The translations under genes and the position numbers were made by a program. Below are positions 54,164 to 63,808 of a stretch of 64,000 nt of DNA, one piece after another. The DNA comes from Candidatus Parcubacteria bacterium. GTDB lineage: Bacteria > Patescibacteriota > Patescibacteriia > UBA1558 > GWA2-36-10. The notes beneath the pieces were generated by a model. That model was not told the origin of the DNA, did not search any database, and was given only the letters and a program-made list of their open reading frames with translations. Where the stretch lies: positions 128,390-192,389 of the forward strand of contig JABHSK010000007.1 of NCBI GenBank assembly GCA_018669975.1, given 5' to 3'. Position 1 is the stretch's first letter. Every line of letters begins with the position of its first letter.

Positions 54164-54279
54164 AATATTCTCCTTTTGTTGGTGTTTTGAAGGTTCTACA
54201 GAGGATAAAAAGTATAAAATATATAGTATGTTTTGTCAAAGCCAATAAAAAAGCCCCACTACTGTGGAGCTCGATAGAT

Positions 54280-54852
54280 TTATGTTTCCAAAAAAGAAGT
54301 TACTGGTAGCACTAAGGCACCCTTTTTTTCGTACCAAGGGATACTGTTGTCGCTACTGTGACCAGATTGACCAGAAATAACATCGTTGCTGATGATAATT
54401 TGATAATCTCTCCTAAGTGCGCCATTCGCAGTTCTTTTGACGCAGCAGTCTGCATTGATACCCATCAAGAATAAGGTGCTAATGTTCAGGGATCGGAGAT
54501 GTTGGTCTAGGTTTGTTTTTTTGAAGCCATTATCATATCCTTTAATGATAGTTTTGTATTGTTGAATATCACCCAGCTCTACCCTTATTTCTTTTATCGT
54601 TTCTCCATAACCTTTAAACTCTAAAACTATAATAGGGATATTATTTTCTCGACAGTGCCTAAGTACAGCAATTTGATTAGGTACGATACGGCCTTTATCA
54701 CCGCTTTTGAGGTTTCCCACAAAACCTTTTTGCATATCGATAAGAACAACAGCTAATCCTGCTTGTTTTAATTCTTGGAGCATTTCCGTAGATAACGGCG
54801 GAATTGGTTTGAAGCGTCTTTTGAGGCGACGCCATCCAAAGCGGAAATTCAT
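54280..54852 (-). CDS. Isochorismatase-family cysteine hydrolase
   Basis: AVVLIDMQKGF and LFLMGINADCCVKRTA (catalytic Cys region). Confidence 0.7.
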   Translation of the reverse strand: MNFRFGWRRLKRRFKPIPPLSTEMLQELKQAGLAVVLIDMQKGFVGNLKSGDKGRIVPNQIAVLRHCRENNIPIIVLEFKGYGETIKEIRVELGDIQQYKTIIKGYDNGFKKTNLDQHLRSLNISTLFLMGINADCCVKRTANGALRRDYQIIISNDVISGQSGHSSDNSIPWYEKKGALVLPVTSFLET

Positions 54853-55006
54853 GTTGGGTCCTTTCCTTTTTTGGTGTTTTTAAAGAACTAAATTTTTTAC
54901 GGACGATGGATTAATATAGAATACATAGGCTAATTAGTCAATGTTTTAAATAAAAAAGACCCCTGAAACCAGGAATCTTTTATTTTTTTTATTATAAGTG
55001 TGTGTA

Positions 55007-55357
55007 TTATTTCTTTTTATGTTTTTTACAGATTTGGCACTTAATATTAATTAAATAGACTAAGATTAATATCTGTATAACTAGAATAATAAGATCATAA
55101 ACGCCAAATTGATCAGTGGTCGTTAAAAAGATATTAGTCAACACATAGGCAATAGCAAAGTAAAATACCCATTTATTTTTCAATTGAACTAGGTAGGCAA
55201 TAACTAGCATCATAATAGCATTGATTAGCATTACACCAAAAATAGTGTAACGTTGAGCATCGTCTGCTACCCTGGCTAACCAAGTGTAGCCAAATGATAA
55301 CCAAATGACAGCATTAGCTGTCAACATTAACTGTAAAGTTTTAATAGAGTTTTTCAT
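55007..55357 (-). CDS. Hypothetical membrane protein (4 TM)
   Basis: 116-aa hydrophobic ORF; hairpin cctggtttcagg plus T-run downstream. Confidence 0.4.
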   Translation of the reverse strand: MKNSIKTLQLMLTANAVIWLSFGYTWLARVADDAQRYTIFGVMLINAIMMLVIAYLVQLKNKWVFYFAIAYVLTNIFLTTTDQFGVYDLIILVIQILILVYLINIKCQICKKHKKK

Positions 55358-55377
55358 GGTTTTTATTTTAAATTTTA

Positions 55378-56529
55378 TTAAATAGTTTTATGGGCCAAGA
55401 TAAACATCGCTGCATTCCATGATTGTCCTGACATGCCAGTGGCTCGACCAGTCCGCCCGTTAAAACATTCATTGAATTCCCAGTTATTTTTTTTATTTAG
55501 TTTAGCTAAGTTGTATAATTCCTCAGTCAACTTTTTATCATTATTTATGGACAATAGCATTAGCCAAAAGCCACCGATGTAGGGCCAGATTCCCCCATTG
55601 TGATATTGATAGGGTTTATTTAAATTTAAATGGGCCATACGCGGAGTCCACAGTTTATCTTTCCTAGTGATAGGTTTGAGAACTGTTTTACCTGGAAAGG
55701 GTTGGTTAGCCTTTTTCTTTTTTAGGAAATTTATTATTTGTGTTACCTTTTTTTCCTCTGCTAGGCCAACTATACTAGCTAAAACATTTGCAAAGATGTC
55801 CCCTTCATCTCCATAGAAGGTGTAATTAACAAAACTGACATACATGGGATTGCCGGGATGTTTTGGTATGTGACTTAATAGTTTTTTTAATCTAGTATCT
55901 TTTTTGAAAATTGCGGGCGAGATTTTGTAGTTAGGATCAAAAACATAATTAAAGTATTCTTTTGTCTTATCAGCGTTTTTAATATTATACAGTCTCTTTA
56001 CCCAATACCACAGAGAGTTGCTATATAAAACAAAGCCAGAACGCGGCATTAAATCTGCCCAATCACTGGCTCCATTTTGTTGTATTAAATGAAAGTTTGG
56101 ATGTTCTTGGCAAGTTAACCAATTAAGGGCTTTCTTAATTTTTACCTGGAATTTTTTTTCTAAATTATAATTAGTGTTTTTGTCAAAAAATTTAATAGCA
56201 ATTAACCACCAGAGAGTAGAATCAATGCAACCTAGATAATAAAAATCAGCATATTTTTTTTCTGGTTTTACATAAAAAGCAATTTGACCATTGTCAGCTT
56301 GATATTTTGCTAAAGTTTCTAAACTACGTTTAGCAGTGGCAATTAATTTTTTATCCCCACTAACAGCCATGCCCAAGGAACAAATTGAAGCATCTCGTCC
56401 AAAAACATTGAGATAGGCTCTATTTCTAGCCTTGCTTGATTTACTGCTAGCTAAAATACCATGTTTAGTGGAATTTTTCTTTAATAGGTCTATTGATTTT
56501 TGATAGCACTCCTGATTAATGTCATTCAT
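55378..56529 (-). CDS. Six-hairpin glycosidase-like protein (GDE_C / GH15 / neutral-invertase-like)
   Basis: ...YQYHNGGIWPYIGGFWLM... motif typical of (alpha/alpha)6 glycoside hydrolases. Confidence 0.5.
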   Translation of the reverse strand: MNDINQECYQKSIDLLKKNSTKHGILASSKSSKARNRAYLNVFGRDASICSLGMAVSGDKKLIATAKRSLETLAKYQADNGQIAFYVKPEKKYADFYYLGCIDSTLWWLIAIKFFDKNTNYNLEKKFQVKIKKALNWLTCQEHPNFHLIQQNGASDWADLMPRSGFVLYSNSLWYWVKRLYNIKNADKTKEYFNYVFDPNYKISPAIFKKDTRLKKLLSHIPKHPGNPMYVSFVNYTFYGDEGDIFANVLASIVGLAEEKKVTQIINFLKKKKANQPFPGKTVLKPITRKDKLWTPRMAHLNLNKPYQYHNGGIWPYIGGFWLMLLSINNDKKLTEELYNLAKLNKKNNWEFNECFNGRTGRATGMSGQSWNAAMFILAHKTI

Positions 56530-56539
56530 AAGCTAGTTA

Positions 56540-57385
56540 TTATTTTTGTAATAATTTTGTACCGATGATGTTGGGTTTTTGTAATTTAGATACCTTTATG
56601 GGTATCGGTTTAAATAAAATTTTATTCTTTATTTCTTTTTCCATAGATTGATGGAAAAATTTCCAGGCTTTGCTTATTTGTCCACCTAAAATAATAATTT
56701 CAGGATCATAGGCATGTATAATGGAAATAATACCTAAACCTAATTGTTGTCCAAACTCTTGCCATAGTCGCAAAGCTTTTTTGTTACCTTGTTTGGCTAG
56801 ATTGTATAAAGCTAAACCATCACCAGTGTTGAGTTTATATTTTTTTCCTAGACGTTTTAGTGCTCGACTGCCAGCATATTCTTCAAAGCAGCCTGTATTT
56901 CCACAAACACATTTAGGTCCATTAAAATTAAGGCTAACATGACCGAATTCGGAAGCACCTCCTCTGCCATGATATATTTTTTTGTCTACCACTACGCCAC
57001 AGCCCACTCCTGTTCCTAAGGTCAGAGCTACGACTATTGAGTATTTTTTTCCTTGCCCAATTATTGCTTCGGATAGGGCAAAGACGTCTGCGTCATTATT
57101 AAAAAATACTGGCACCTTGAATTTCTTCTCTAAAATATTTTTAATCTCTTTACCACTTAGTTTAATATTGGCTCTTGTGGTCGGCCAACCTAGTCCGATG
57201 CCAGACAGTTTATTGTTACCAAGTAGCTCTTCGGCAACCTTGATGACATTTTTGGCAACCTGTTTTTTACCTAGATTATTTTGAGTTGGATGAGATTTTA
57301 AAGATAGCACAGTGTATTCTTTTGATATTAAAGCACCCTCTATATTTGTACCGCCTACATCAAATCCAATAAAAGCTTTTCTCAT
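56540..57385 (-). CDS. ROK-family sugar kinase (glucokinase-like)
   Basis: FDVGGTNIEGAL; GHVSLNFNGPKCVCGNTGCFE zinc motif. Confidence 0.8.
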   Translation of the reverse strand: MRKAFIGFDVGGTNIEGALISKEYTVLSLKSHPTQNNLGKKQVAKNVIKVAEELLGNNKLSGIGLGWPTTRANIKLSGKEIKNILEKKFKVPVFFNNDADVFALSEAIIGQGKKYSIVVALTLGTGVGCGVVVDKKIYHGRGGASEFGHVSLNFNGPKCVCGNTGCFEEYAGSRALKRLGKKYKLNTGDGLALYNLAKQGNKKALRLWQEFGQQLGLGIISIIHAYDPEIIILGGQISKAWKFFHQSMEKEIKNKILFKPIPIKVSKLQKPNIIGTKLLQK

Positions 57386-57510
57386 AAAAGTTTTTATTTA
57401 ATAAACTTATTTTTATTATACCAAAAAAGTGGTCTTTATGGTATTGCTAAAAATTTGTGTCAAAATAAAAAACACCCTGCGATTTCACTTAAGGTGTTTT
57501 TTAATAAAAA

Positions 57511-59673
57511 CTATAACTTTATGTTTCTAATTCTAATACTGTTAGTAACTACGGATACACTACTAAAACTCATAGCAGCGGCAGCTATCATAGGGTTAAG
57601 TAAGCCAATGGCTGCTAGAGGTATAGCAATTATATTATATACAAAGGCAAAAAATAAATTTTGCTTGATAGTTTTGAAAGTCTTTTTAGATAGATTGATA
57701 GCACTGATTACAGCCATAGGGTCACTTTTCATTAATACTATATTTCCGCTCTCCATGGCAATATCAGTGCCGCTACCAATAGCAATACCTAAATCAGCCA
57801 AAGTTAGAGCTGGTGCATCATTAATGCCATCACCAACAAAAGCGATTACCTTTCCTTTTTTCTGTAGCCTTTTAATATGCTCTACCTTTTGATCGGGTAA
57901 AACTTCAGCTATGACTTTTTTGATGCCTAGTTGTCTGGCAATAGCCTGAGCTGTTAGCTTATGATCACCTGTTAACATGTAAACCTCAGTAGTTTCTTGT
58001 AATTCAGCAATGGCCTGCTTTGATGTTTTTCTGATAATATCAGCCACAGCAATAACGCCGACCATTTTTTTGTCAGCTACAAAATAAATTGGTGTTTTAC
58101 CCTGACTGGCGTATTCATCAAAAGCTACTTTGTAGACAGGATTTATTTCTATTTTTAAATCATTTATTAATTCTGTGTTACCCAAGTATAGCTCCTTTTT
58201 ACCCACTATACCCCTTACACCCTTTCCTCTAATGGCTTCCACTTGAGATGCTTTGGTTAATTTTAGATTATTATCCTGACTATATTTTACAAAAGCTTTA
58301 GCCAAAGAATGTTCACTACTAGTCTCTAATGAACAGGCCAAGGCCATTAGCTCGCTGGTTGAAAAATCATGACTGGTAGTATTTGTGTCTGTGATAGCGG
58401 GCCTACCTTCTGTAAGTGTGCCTGTTTTGTCAAAAACAACTGCATCTACTTTATGAGCTATTTCTAGGCTCTGTGAATCTTTGATTAAAATTCCGTTTGA
58501 GGCTCCTTTGCCAGAACCAACCATAATAGCAGTGGGTGTAGCTAGACCTAAGGCACATGGACAAGCAATTACGATGACTGCTACAGCGTTTATTAAACTA
58601 ATTTCAAAGCCAGCATTTAACAACCAAAACCAAACTATAAAAGTGAGTATAGAAATAGCGATTACAGTCGGTACAAAAATACTAGACACCTTGTCAGCTA
58701 GTTTTTGGATGGGTGCTTTAGAAGCCTGAGCGTCCTCTACTAGTTTAATAATTTGTGATAAAACTGTATCTTTACCAACCTTGTTTATTTTTACTTTAAT
58801 AACTCCATTATTATTAATGGTAGCGCCATAGACCTGGCTACCTGGTTTCTTTTCTACTGGGATACTTTCACCAGTTAACATGGATTCATCAATGCCAGTT
58901 TCACCTTCTATAATTTCACCGTCCAGGGGTATTTTTTCACCTGCTTTAATTATAACAATATCTCCTATTTTTATAGTATCAATGTCTTTTTTTATTTCTT
59001 TACCAGTTACTAAAACTGTAGCCTTTTTTGCTCCTAAAGATAATAATTGCTTGATAGCTGTGGAAGCTCTACCTTTACTTTTTTCTTCTAGGTATTTACC
59101 TAATAAAATTAAAGTGACAATAGTAGCAGCTGTTTCAAAATAGACATGATTACCTGAGAACATAGCGTATAGGCTGTAGAAAAAAGCAGATAAGGTACCA
59201 ATGGATATTAAAGTGTCCATATTTGACTTAAATTGTTTGAGTTGCAACAACATGCCTTTGTGAAATTGCCAACCAATAACAAATACAACTATTATAGTCA
59301 AAAATCCCATAATCCATTTTTCTAGAGCAACACCGATAAGACTTAGATTGAAGCTCGGTGTATAGAACATGGACATGAATAATGGTAGTGTGAAAATAAA
59401 TGACCAAATAAATTTTTTATAGGATTTTTTAGTTAGATTCATGTCGGCCTGTTGGTCGCTGTCATCTATCACTTTGTAATCCCCGGCTTTCTTGATAGCC
59501 TCTTCTATGTCCTCCTGACTAACTTTATTGGCATCAAATTCTACTTTAGCTTGATTATTAGCATAGTTGACACTAGCACTTTTTATACCTGGCTTTTTTT
59601 TGATAGTTTTTTCAATACTTAAAGCACAGGAAGCACAGTGCATGCCTGATATTTTTAAATTTACGTCCTCCAT
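57511..59673 (-). CDS. copA: Copper-translocating P1B-type ATPase
   Basis: HMA GMHCASC, CPC (IACPCALGLATP), DKTGTLT, GDGINDAP. Confidence 0.9.
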   Translation of the reverse strand: MEDVNLKISGMHCASCALSIEKTIKKKPGIKSASVNYANNQAKVEFDANKVSQEDIEEAIKKAGDYKVIDDSDQQADMNLTKKSYKKFIWSFIFTLPLFMSMFYTPSFNLSLIGVALEKWIMGFLTIIVVFVIGWQFHKGMLLQLKQFKSNMDTLISIGTLSAFFYSLYAMFSGNHVYFETAATIVTLILLGKYLEEKSKGRASTAIKQLLSLGAKKATVLVTGKEIKKDIDTIKIGDIVIIKAGEKIPLDGEIIEGETGIDESMLTGESIPVEKKPGSQVYGATINNNGVIKVKINKVGKDTVLSQIIKLVEDAQASKAPIQKLADKVSSIFVPTVIAISILTFIVWFWLLNAGFEISLINAVAVIVIACPCALGLATPTAIMVGSGKGASNGILIKDSQSLEIAHKVDAVVFDKTGTLTEGRPAITDTNTTSHDFSTSELMALACSLETSSEHSLAKAFVKYSQDNNLKLTKASQVEAIRGKGVRGIVGKKELYLGNTELINDLKIEINPVYKVAFDEYASQGKTPIYFVADKKMVGVIAVADIIRKTSKQAIAELQETTEVYMLTGDHKLTAQAIARQLGIKKVIAEVLPDQKVEHIKRLQKKGKVIAFVGDGINDAPALTLADLGIAIGSGTDIAMESGNIVLMKSDPMAVISAINLSKKTFKTIKQNLFFAFVYNIIAIPLAAIGLLNPMIAAAAMSFSSVSVVTNSIRIRNIKL

Positions 59674-59688
59674 ATATTTTTTGTTTAG

Positions 59689-61065
59689 TTATTCTACTAT
59701 AAATTTACCACGCACCATTCCCATCCAACAACTAAAACTAAGGTTGCCTTTTTTTGACGGAGTAAACTCAATAATGTTTTCTCCCTGGTAAAGACTTTTT
59801 CTAATGTCTAGGTCTGGTACAATAATTTCATTGGTACAACCTGATATTTGTTGTACATCGATAATCCATTTTACTGGTACGCCCTGCTTTATTTTGAATA
59901 CACTGGGGCTATAACCTCGATAGTTAACAGCCATGTTAATAATTTGAGCGTCAGCTTGACTAACAGCAGTGCCAATTTCTTTTGATGTCCAAAAGTTGAT
60001 ATCTATACCTCTCAGGGCCAATCCAGAAGACATGGTGTAAAAAGCAAAAACCAAAACTAGGATACCAATAGCTTTTTGGAAAACAACAGTTTTCATATTT
60101 TTAAAACGAGTAGTAGCCACTCCTAAACCAAATAGAACCGGTAAGGTGCCAAAGGCAAAAAGAAACATAGTCATACCGCCAGTAAAGAAACTTCCAGTGG
60201 ACATGGCAAATAGCTGAATGCTTTGGGTAAAGCCGCAAGGTAGAAAAAAAGTAAATCCACCTAGTATAACTGGAGCTAGTGCATGTTCTGATTCTTGTAG
60301 TTTTTTCCAAGTACCCATACTCTTTTTTGGCATTCTAATACCTAAGGTACTGAGAGACGGTACAAATCCTAAAATATTTAAAGCTAGCCATAGTAAGATG
60401 ATAGCAATAAAAACTGTAAACCAGCTCATAAAGTTTTCAGAAATATTAAACCAAGAACCGAGCATACCCAAGAGTCCACCCAATAGGAAGAAGGTTAGTA
60501 AGCGACCAAAGTGAAATAGTAGGTGTGGCTTTAAATTTCTTTGATAAAAAGAACCCTGAGCCTGATATTTAGTAGCAAAAGACATAACAACTGCCCCGAC
60601 CACTACCAAGCAACTAGATAATGAAGCGACAATTCCGATAATAAAAGAGGCACCGTAATTGATGTTACTGAGGTCGGTTTCTAGCCAATCAAGTAAGCCA
60701 ATCCACTGCAAATATCTATAGACTAAATATATACCCACTACCACTAAAACAGAATAAAACCATTGTTCAGCGGTGACTTTTTCTTTTTTCTTTTTAAGCG
60801 GCTCTAGAGAAGCCTCATAACCCAATTTTTTTATTTTTTCTATAATTTCTGGCCAATGTAACTTAGAACCTTCGTGTTCTATTTTAGCTGTGCCTTCACG
60901 ACAGCTAACTTTAGTACATTTGATACTTTCGATTTCTTGTAAAGAATCTGATATCAATACTTCGCAAGAAGTGCAGGTCATACCCGCTATATAAACTACT
61001 TTGTTATTTTTATTTTTCATCCCCTTTTTATTTATTAGATAACTTATTAAGTTGTAAAATTTCAT
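59689..61065 (-). CDS. HMA-domain membrane protein with a C-terminal cupredoxin-like domain (putative copper-handling permease/chaperone)
   Basis: N-terminal GMTCTSCE HMA domain, about 6-8 TM segments with a TauE/DsbD-like pattern, C-terminal beta-rich domain with Cys/His/Met. Confidence 0.55.
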   Translation of the reverse strand: MKFYNLISYLINKKGMKNKNNKVVYIAGMTCTSCEVLISDSLQEIESIKCTKVSCREGTAKIEHEGSKLHWPEIIEKIKKLGYEASLEPLKKKKEKVTAEQWFYSVLVVVGIYLVYRYLQWIGLLDWLETDLSNINYGASFIIGIVASLSSCLVVVGAVVMSFATKYQAQGSFYQRNLKPHLLFHFGRLLTFFLLGGLLGMLGSWFNISENFMSWFTVFIAIILLWLALNILGFVPSLSTLGIRMPKKSMGTWKKLQESEHALAPVILGGFTFFLPCGFTQSIQLFAMSTGSFFTGGMTMFLFAFGTLPVLFGLGVATTRFKNMKTVVFQKAIGILVLVFAFYTMSSGLALRGIDINFWTSKEIGTAVSQADAQIINMAVNYRGYSPSVFKIKQGVPVKWIIDVQQISGCTNEIIVPDLDIRKSLYQGENIIEFTPSKKGNLSFSCWMGMVRGKFIVE

Positions 61066-61309
61066 TAATCATACTTTTTTGTTGTTTGCTATTACCAGAA
61101 TCCATAGCAGCCTTAAAACAACTATTAAGATGACTTTCTAGAAGATTTTGATTGATAGATTTTAGGAGTCCAATGACGGCCAAGTTTTGTTGCATAATAT
61201 CAACGCAATAACGACCCTCTTCTTTCATGTCAATTATTTTAGTAATTAAACCATGAGCCTTTTTTAAACTAACTAGTGTTTTATCCGGAGTTTTTTTTAC
61301 TTTAGTCAT
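61028..61309 (-). CDS. csoR: CsoR/RcnR-family metal-sensing repressor
   Basis: ...EEGRYCVDIMQQNLAVIGLLKSINQNLLESHLNSC... matches the CsoR C-H-C signature. Confidence 0.8.
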   Translation of the reverse strand: MTKVKKTPDKTLVSLKKAHGLITKIIDMKEEGRYCVDIMQQNLAVIGLLKSINQNLLESHLNSCFKAAMDSGNSKQQKSMINEILQLNKLSNK

Positions 61310-61522
61310 AAATTCTTTATGTAATTAATATTTACCTGTACCTGGGGTATAGGTATATAATACTATCCTCTATTTTTATTGTCAACACAAAAAAATACAA
61401 ATAAAAAAGCGCACTAATGTAGTACGCTAGATATTTTAGGAGGGGTTGATAGCCACTTGAGGGTCATCATCTTCATCAGCAAGGCACTCGGCTACGTACA
61501 GCAGCCAATCAATATCACATTT

Positions 61523-61606
61523 TCAGGTTGGTGTAGTAAAGCAACCATGCCAGCCGGTGCCATCCCAAGTTTCACCACCACAATCGGGGCAATCAAAGAC
61601 AGCCAT
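61523..61606 (-). CDS. Putative 27-aa Cys-rich peptide MAVFDCPDCGGETWDGTGWHGCFTTPT
   Basis: Hand-translated. AAAGGAG SD 7 nt before the ATG; GC-rich. Antisense to the ORF-track call at 61457..61639. Confidence 0.3.
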   Translation of the reverse strand: MAVFDCPDCGGETWDGTGWHGCFTTPT

Positions 61607-61661
61607 TTTAACGCTCCTTTATTTTTAGTGGGTTTATAGAACGAAACTCACTACAAAATTA

Positions 61662-62063
61662 TCATACTTTCCAGACAAAATCAATTAGTAAGCCAGCAAT
61701 TAATGCAATGCCTGATAGGATAAAAATTATATAATAGTTATATCTTTCTTTGGAGGAAACTAAGGTTTTTAATATATAACCTAAAGCTTCGTTGTCTTCT
61801 TTATTTAATTCATCAAGAGTGTTTGCGTCTAGTTTTTCTCTGAGTCTATGTTTAACAATAAGGGCAGATCTTTTTTTGGAAATATCAAAACGATGGATAA
61901 AGTAAATAATAAAACCAACAGTACCGATGTACCAGGATATTTTGACCCAGGTAGTGTTGTAGAAATTGAGTACGATGATTATTCTATAAGCTAAGGTAGC
62001 TATTACTCCAGCCCAAAAATAGAATAAGCGTAATGATTTAGAGCTTGTTTTTGTATTTTCCAT
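61662..62063 (-). CDS. Hypothetical membrane protein (3 TM)
   Basis: 133-aa hydrophobic ORF. Confidence 0.4.
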   Translation of the reverse strand: MENTKTSSKSLRLFYFWAGVIATLAYRIIIVLNFYNTTWVKISWYIGTVGFIIYFIHRFDISKKRSALIVKHRLREKLDANTLDELNKEDNEALGYILKTLVSSKERYNYYIIFILSGIALIAGLLIDFVWKV

Positions 62064-62079
62064 AAATAATCTATTTTAA

Positions 62080-62793
62080 TTATTTAGTTGCCACCACTAA
62101 CCATTGGCCAGTTTTGTCCGCTGTCATTTTTATATTTTTAAATTTAGCAAACATTTCCTCTATTTCTTGTTTAGTATAAAAACCATGCGGTATCCCCTTT
62201 TCAGGGCCAATCAATGGTTCGGCTGTATTGTCATCAAGCATCCTATGTTTTTTAAAAGTTCGCCAAGTGTTTATACATTTTTTGTCAGGAATAGTGATAA
62301 AAGTTTTGCCTTCGAGTAATAATGCCTCGTGTACTTGATTTATTAGTTTGCTCAAATCTTTTTTAAAGCCGTGATTAATGGTTGAAATAGAAATTATTAG
62401 ATCATATTTATTTGGACTTATGTTCATATTAAACATATCCGCCTTTTTAATGCTGCCAGCTTTATCACCTAGAGCCTGTTTAGTTGTTTCTACTGAAGTT
62501 TGACTAGAGTCAACACCGTCTGTTTGCCAGCCTAAAGCAGATAAGTAAATTAGATACCTACCTTCTCCACAACCAATATCAAAGACAGACTTATTTTTGA
62601 ATTTAGTTTTAGCAATAAAGTTTACGAATAATGGATTAATATCCTCTGTAAAACAATAAGGCATTACGCCATCATTAATATCTTTCCATTTTTGGCCGCC
62701 TTTATTGACTGCTTTGTAGATTTTATCCCAATTTGGCATGTTTATATTATTTTTCTCTAGACCCAATCTTTGATGTTCTTTCAAAACGATCAA
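62080..62793 (-). CDS. Class I SAM-dependent methyltransferase
   Basis: Motif I VFDIGCGEGRY. Confidence 0.75.
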   Translation of the reverse strand: MIVLKEHQRLGLEKNNINMPNWDKIYKAVNKGGQKWKDINDGVMPYCFTEDINPLFVNFIAKTKFKNKSVFDIGCGEGRYLIYLSALGWQTDGVDSSQTSVETTKQALGDKAGSIKKADMFNMNISPNKYDLIISISTINHGFKKDLSKLINQVHEALLLEGKTFITIPDKKCINTWRTFKKHRMLDDNTAEPLIGPEKGIPHGFYTKQEIEEMFAKFKNIKMTADKTGQWLVVATK

Positions 62794-63808
62794 GTTCTTC
62801 CGTGACTCTGCCTCTGTCAGAACTATCTAAACTAGGATCCTTTTCTTGTTTTAGAAGACTATGATATCTATCTCTCTCATGCTGGGCTAGGCCTGTCATT
62901 TCTGTCATCTTTCTTTCATTGGCTACGCCGGCTTTAGCATATTCGTCTATTTCTTGTTGCCGTTTGGCAATTTGCCTATCTGTTTCTAGCGCGTCTTCAT
63001 GCTGTCTTTGTCTTCTAATTTGTGTAGCCTCAAAATCTGCCTTATCCGCCTTTTTGCGCTCTTTAGCATAGCTATCATCTTCACGTGCTTGTTCAGTCCA
63101 ACCTAAGACTTCCAAGCCTCTTTCCTCAGCTTGAGCATACAATTCTTTTAGCTTTGCTCTAAGTTCATGTACTTCTGGCACTTTTTCTGCGTCAATATAT
63201 TTCCTGACTAGCGTAGTATATTCTCTGTTCATAGTCTCAATTTTACTTAGCAGCTTTGAGTCTTCGCTTTCTTTTTGTTCTTGCGGAGTTAAGACTTCAA
63301 GGTTTCTCTTTTCGGCTTCTCTAAATGCTTCCCGCCTTTCTTTTTTTCTTTTATTTTTTTCGCCAAAAGCATGGCCCGTTCTAAATCCTCCGATGTCTTT
63401 TTTCTTCCCATGAAGTAAGGCCCTGTAGTGCCCTATAGATTCTCCGTGCTCTTCTCTTTTCTTATTTAAATGATCTGATAATTCTTCGTCATCCATATCT
63501 TTTAGATCTTTTCCCAAAACTGCCACTTTTAGTTTTTCGGCAGTTGTTGCAGCTAAATCTCTAATTTTATCTCCTACTTCAGACATTTTTGTTTGAGCAG
63601 TCTCTAGTAGACTTGGACCATCATCTACTTCTTCAGCTTTAATTCCGGCCATTGCTTCACCTAATAAGTTTTCACCATCATCAATAGCGCCCTCAGATGT
63701 TTCATTTACCCTGGCTTCTGTGGATTCTAAAGACTCTACGTTGGTATCCGCTCCTGATTCGGCAGCCATTTCTTGTTCAGCTGGAATATCCTCTCCAAAT
63801 TTTTTCAT
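62747..63808 (-). CDS. Hypothetical highly charged coiled-coil protein
   Basis: 353 aa, rich in E/K/R and predicted heptad repeats. Confidence 0.4.
   Translation of the reverse strand: MKKFGEDIPAEQEMAAESGADTNVESLESTEARVNETSEGAIDDGENLLGEAMAGIKAEEVDDGPSLLETAQTKMSEVGDKIRDLAATTAEKLKVAVLGKDLKDMDDEELSDHLNKKREEHGESIGHYRALLHGKKKDIGGFRTGHAFGEKNKRKKERREAFREAEKRNLEVLTPQEQKESEDSKLLSKIETMNREYTTLVRKYIDAEKVPEVHELRAKLKELYAQAEERGLEVLGWTEQAREDDSYAKERKKADKADFEATQIRRQRQHEDALETDRQIAKRQQEIDEYAKAGVANERKMTEMTGLAQHERDRYHSLLKQEKDPSLDSSDRGRVTEELDRFERTSKIGSREK

Noticed and set aside
61457-61639. 60-aa plus-strand ORF (TTG start) antisense to the proposed 27-aa peptide
   Set aside because: It has a TTG start with a GGAGG 13 nt away and no hydropathy or domain signal. 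It is not firmly rejected; it is mutually exclusive with the minus-strand peptide and both are low confidence.
15856-61660. Possibility that the GC-rich cassettes are assembly chimeras or contaminant contig pieces
   Set aside because: This cannot be excluded from sequence alone. However, each cassette is short, is flanked on both sides by backbone genes within the same continuous sequence, and uses the same promoter module as native genes. That argues for genuine insertions rather than mis-joins.
38701-62319. Further short overlapping ORFs in the second half of the window (38701..38898+, 39157..39504-, 43555..43779+, 44996..45241+, 45770..46021+, 47822..48007+, 49015..49296+, 50129..50344+, 51271..51513+, 51845..52129-, 56721..57284+, 57455..57892+, 58481..59143+, 59567..59791+, 60101..60514+/-, 62104..62319+)
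   Set aside because: All lie within or antisense to longer homology-supported genes and have no start signals.
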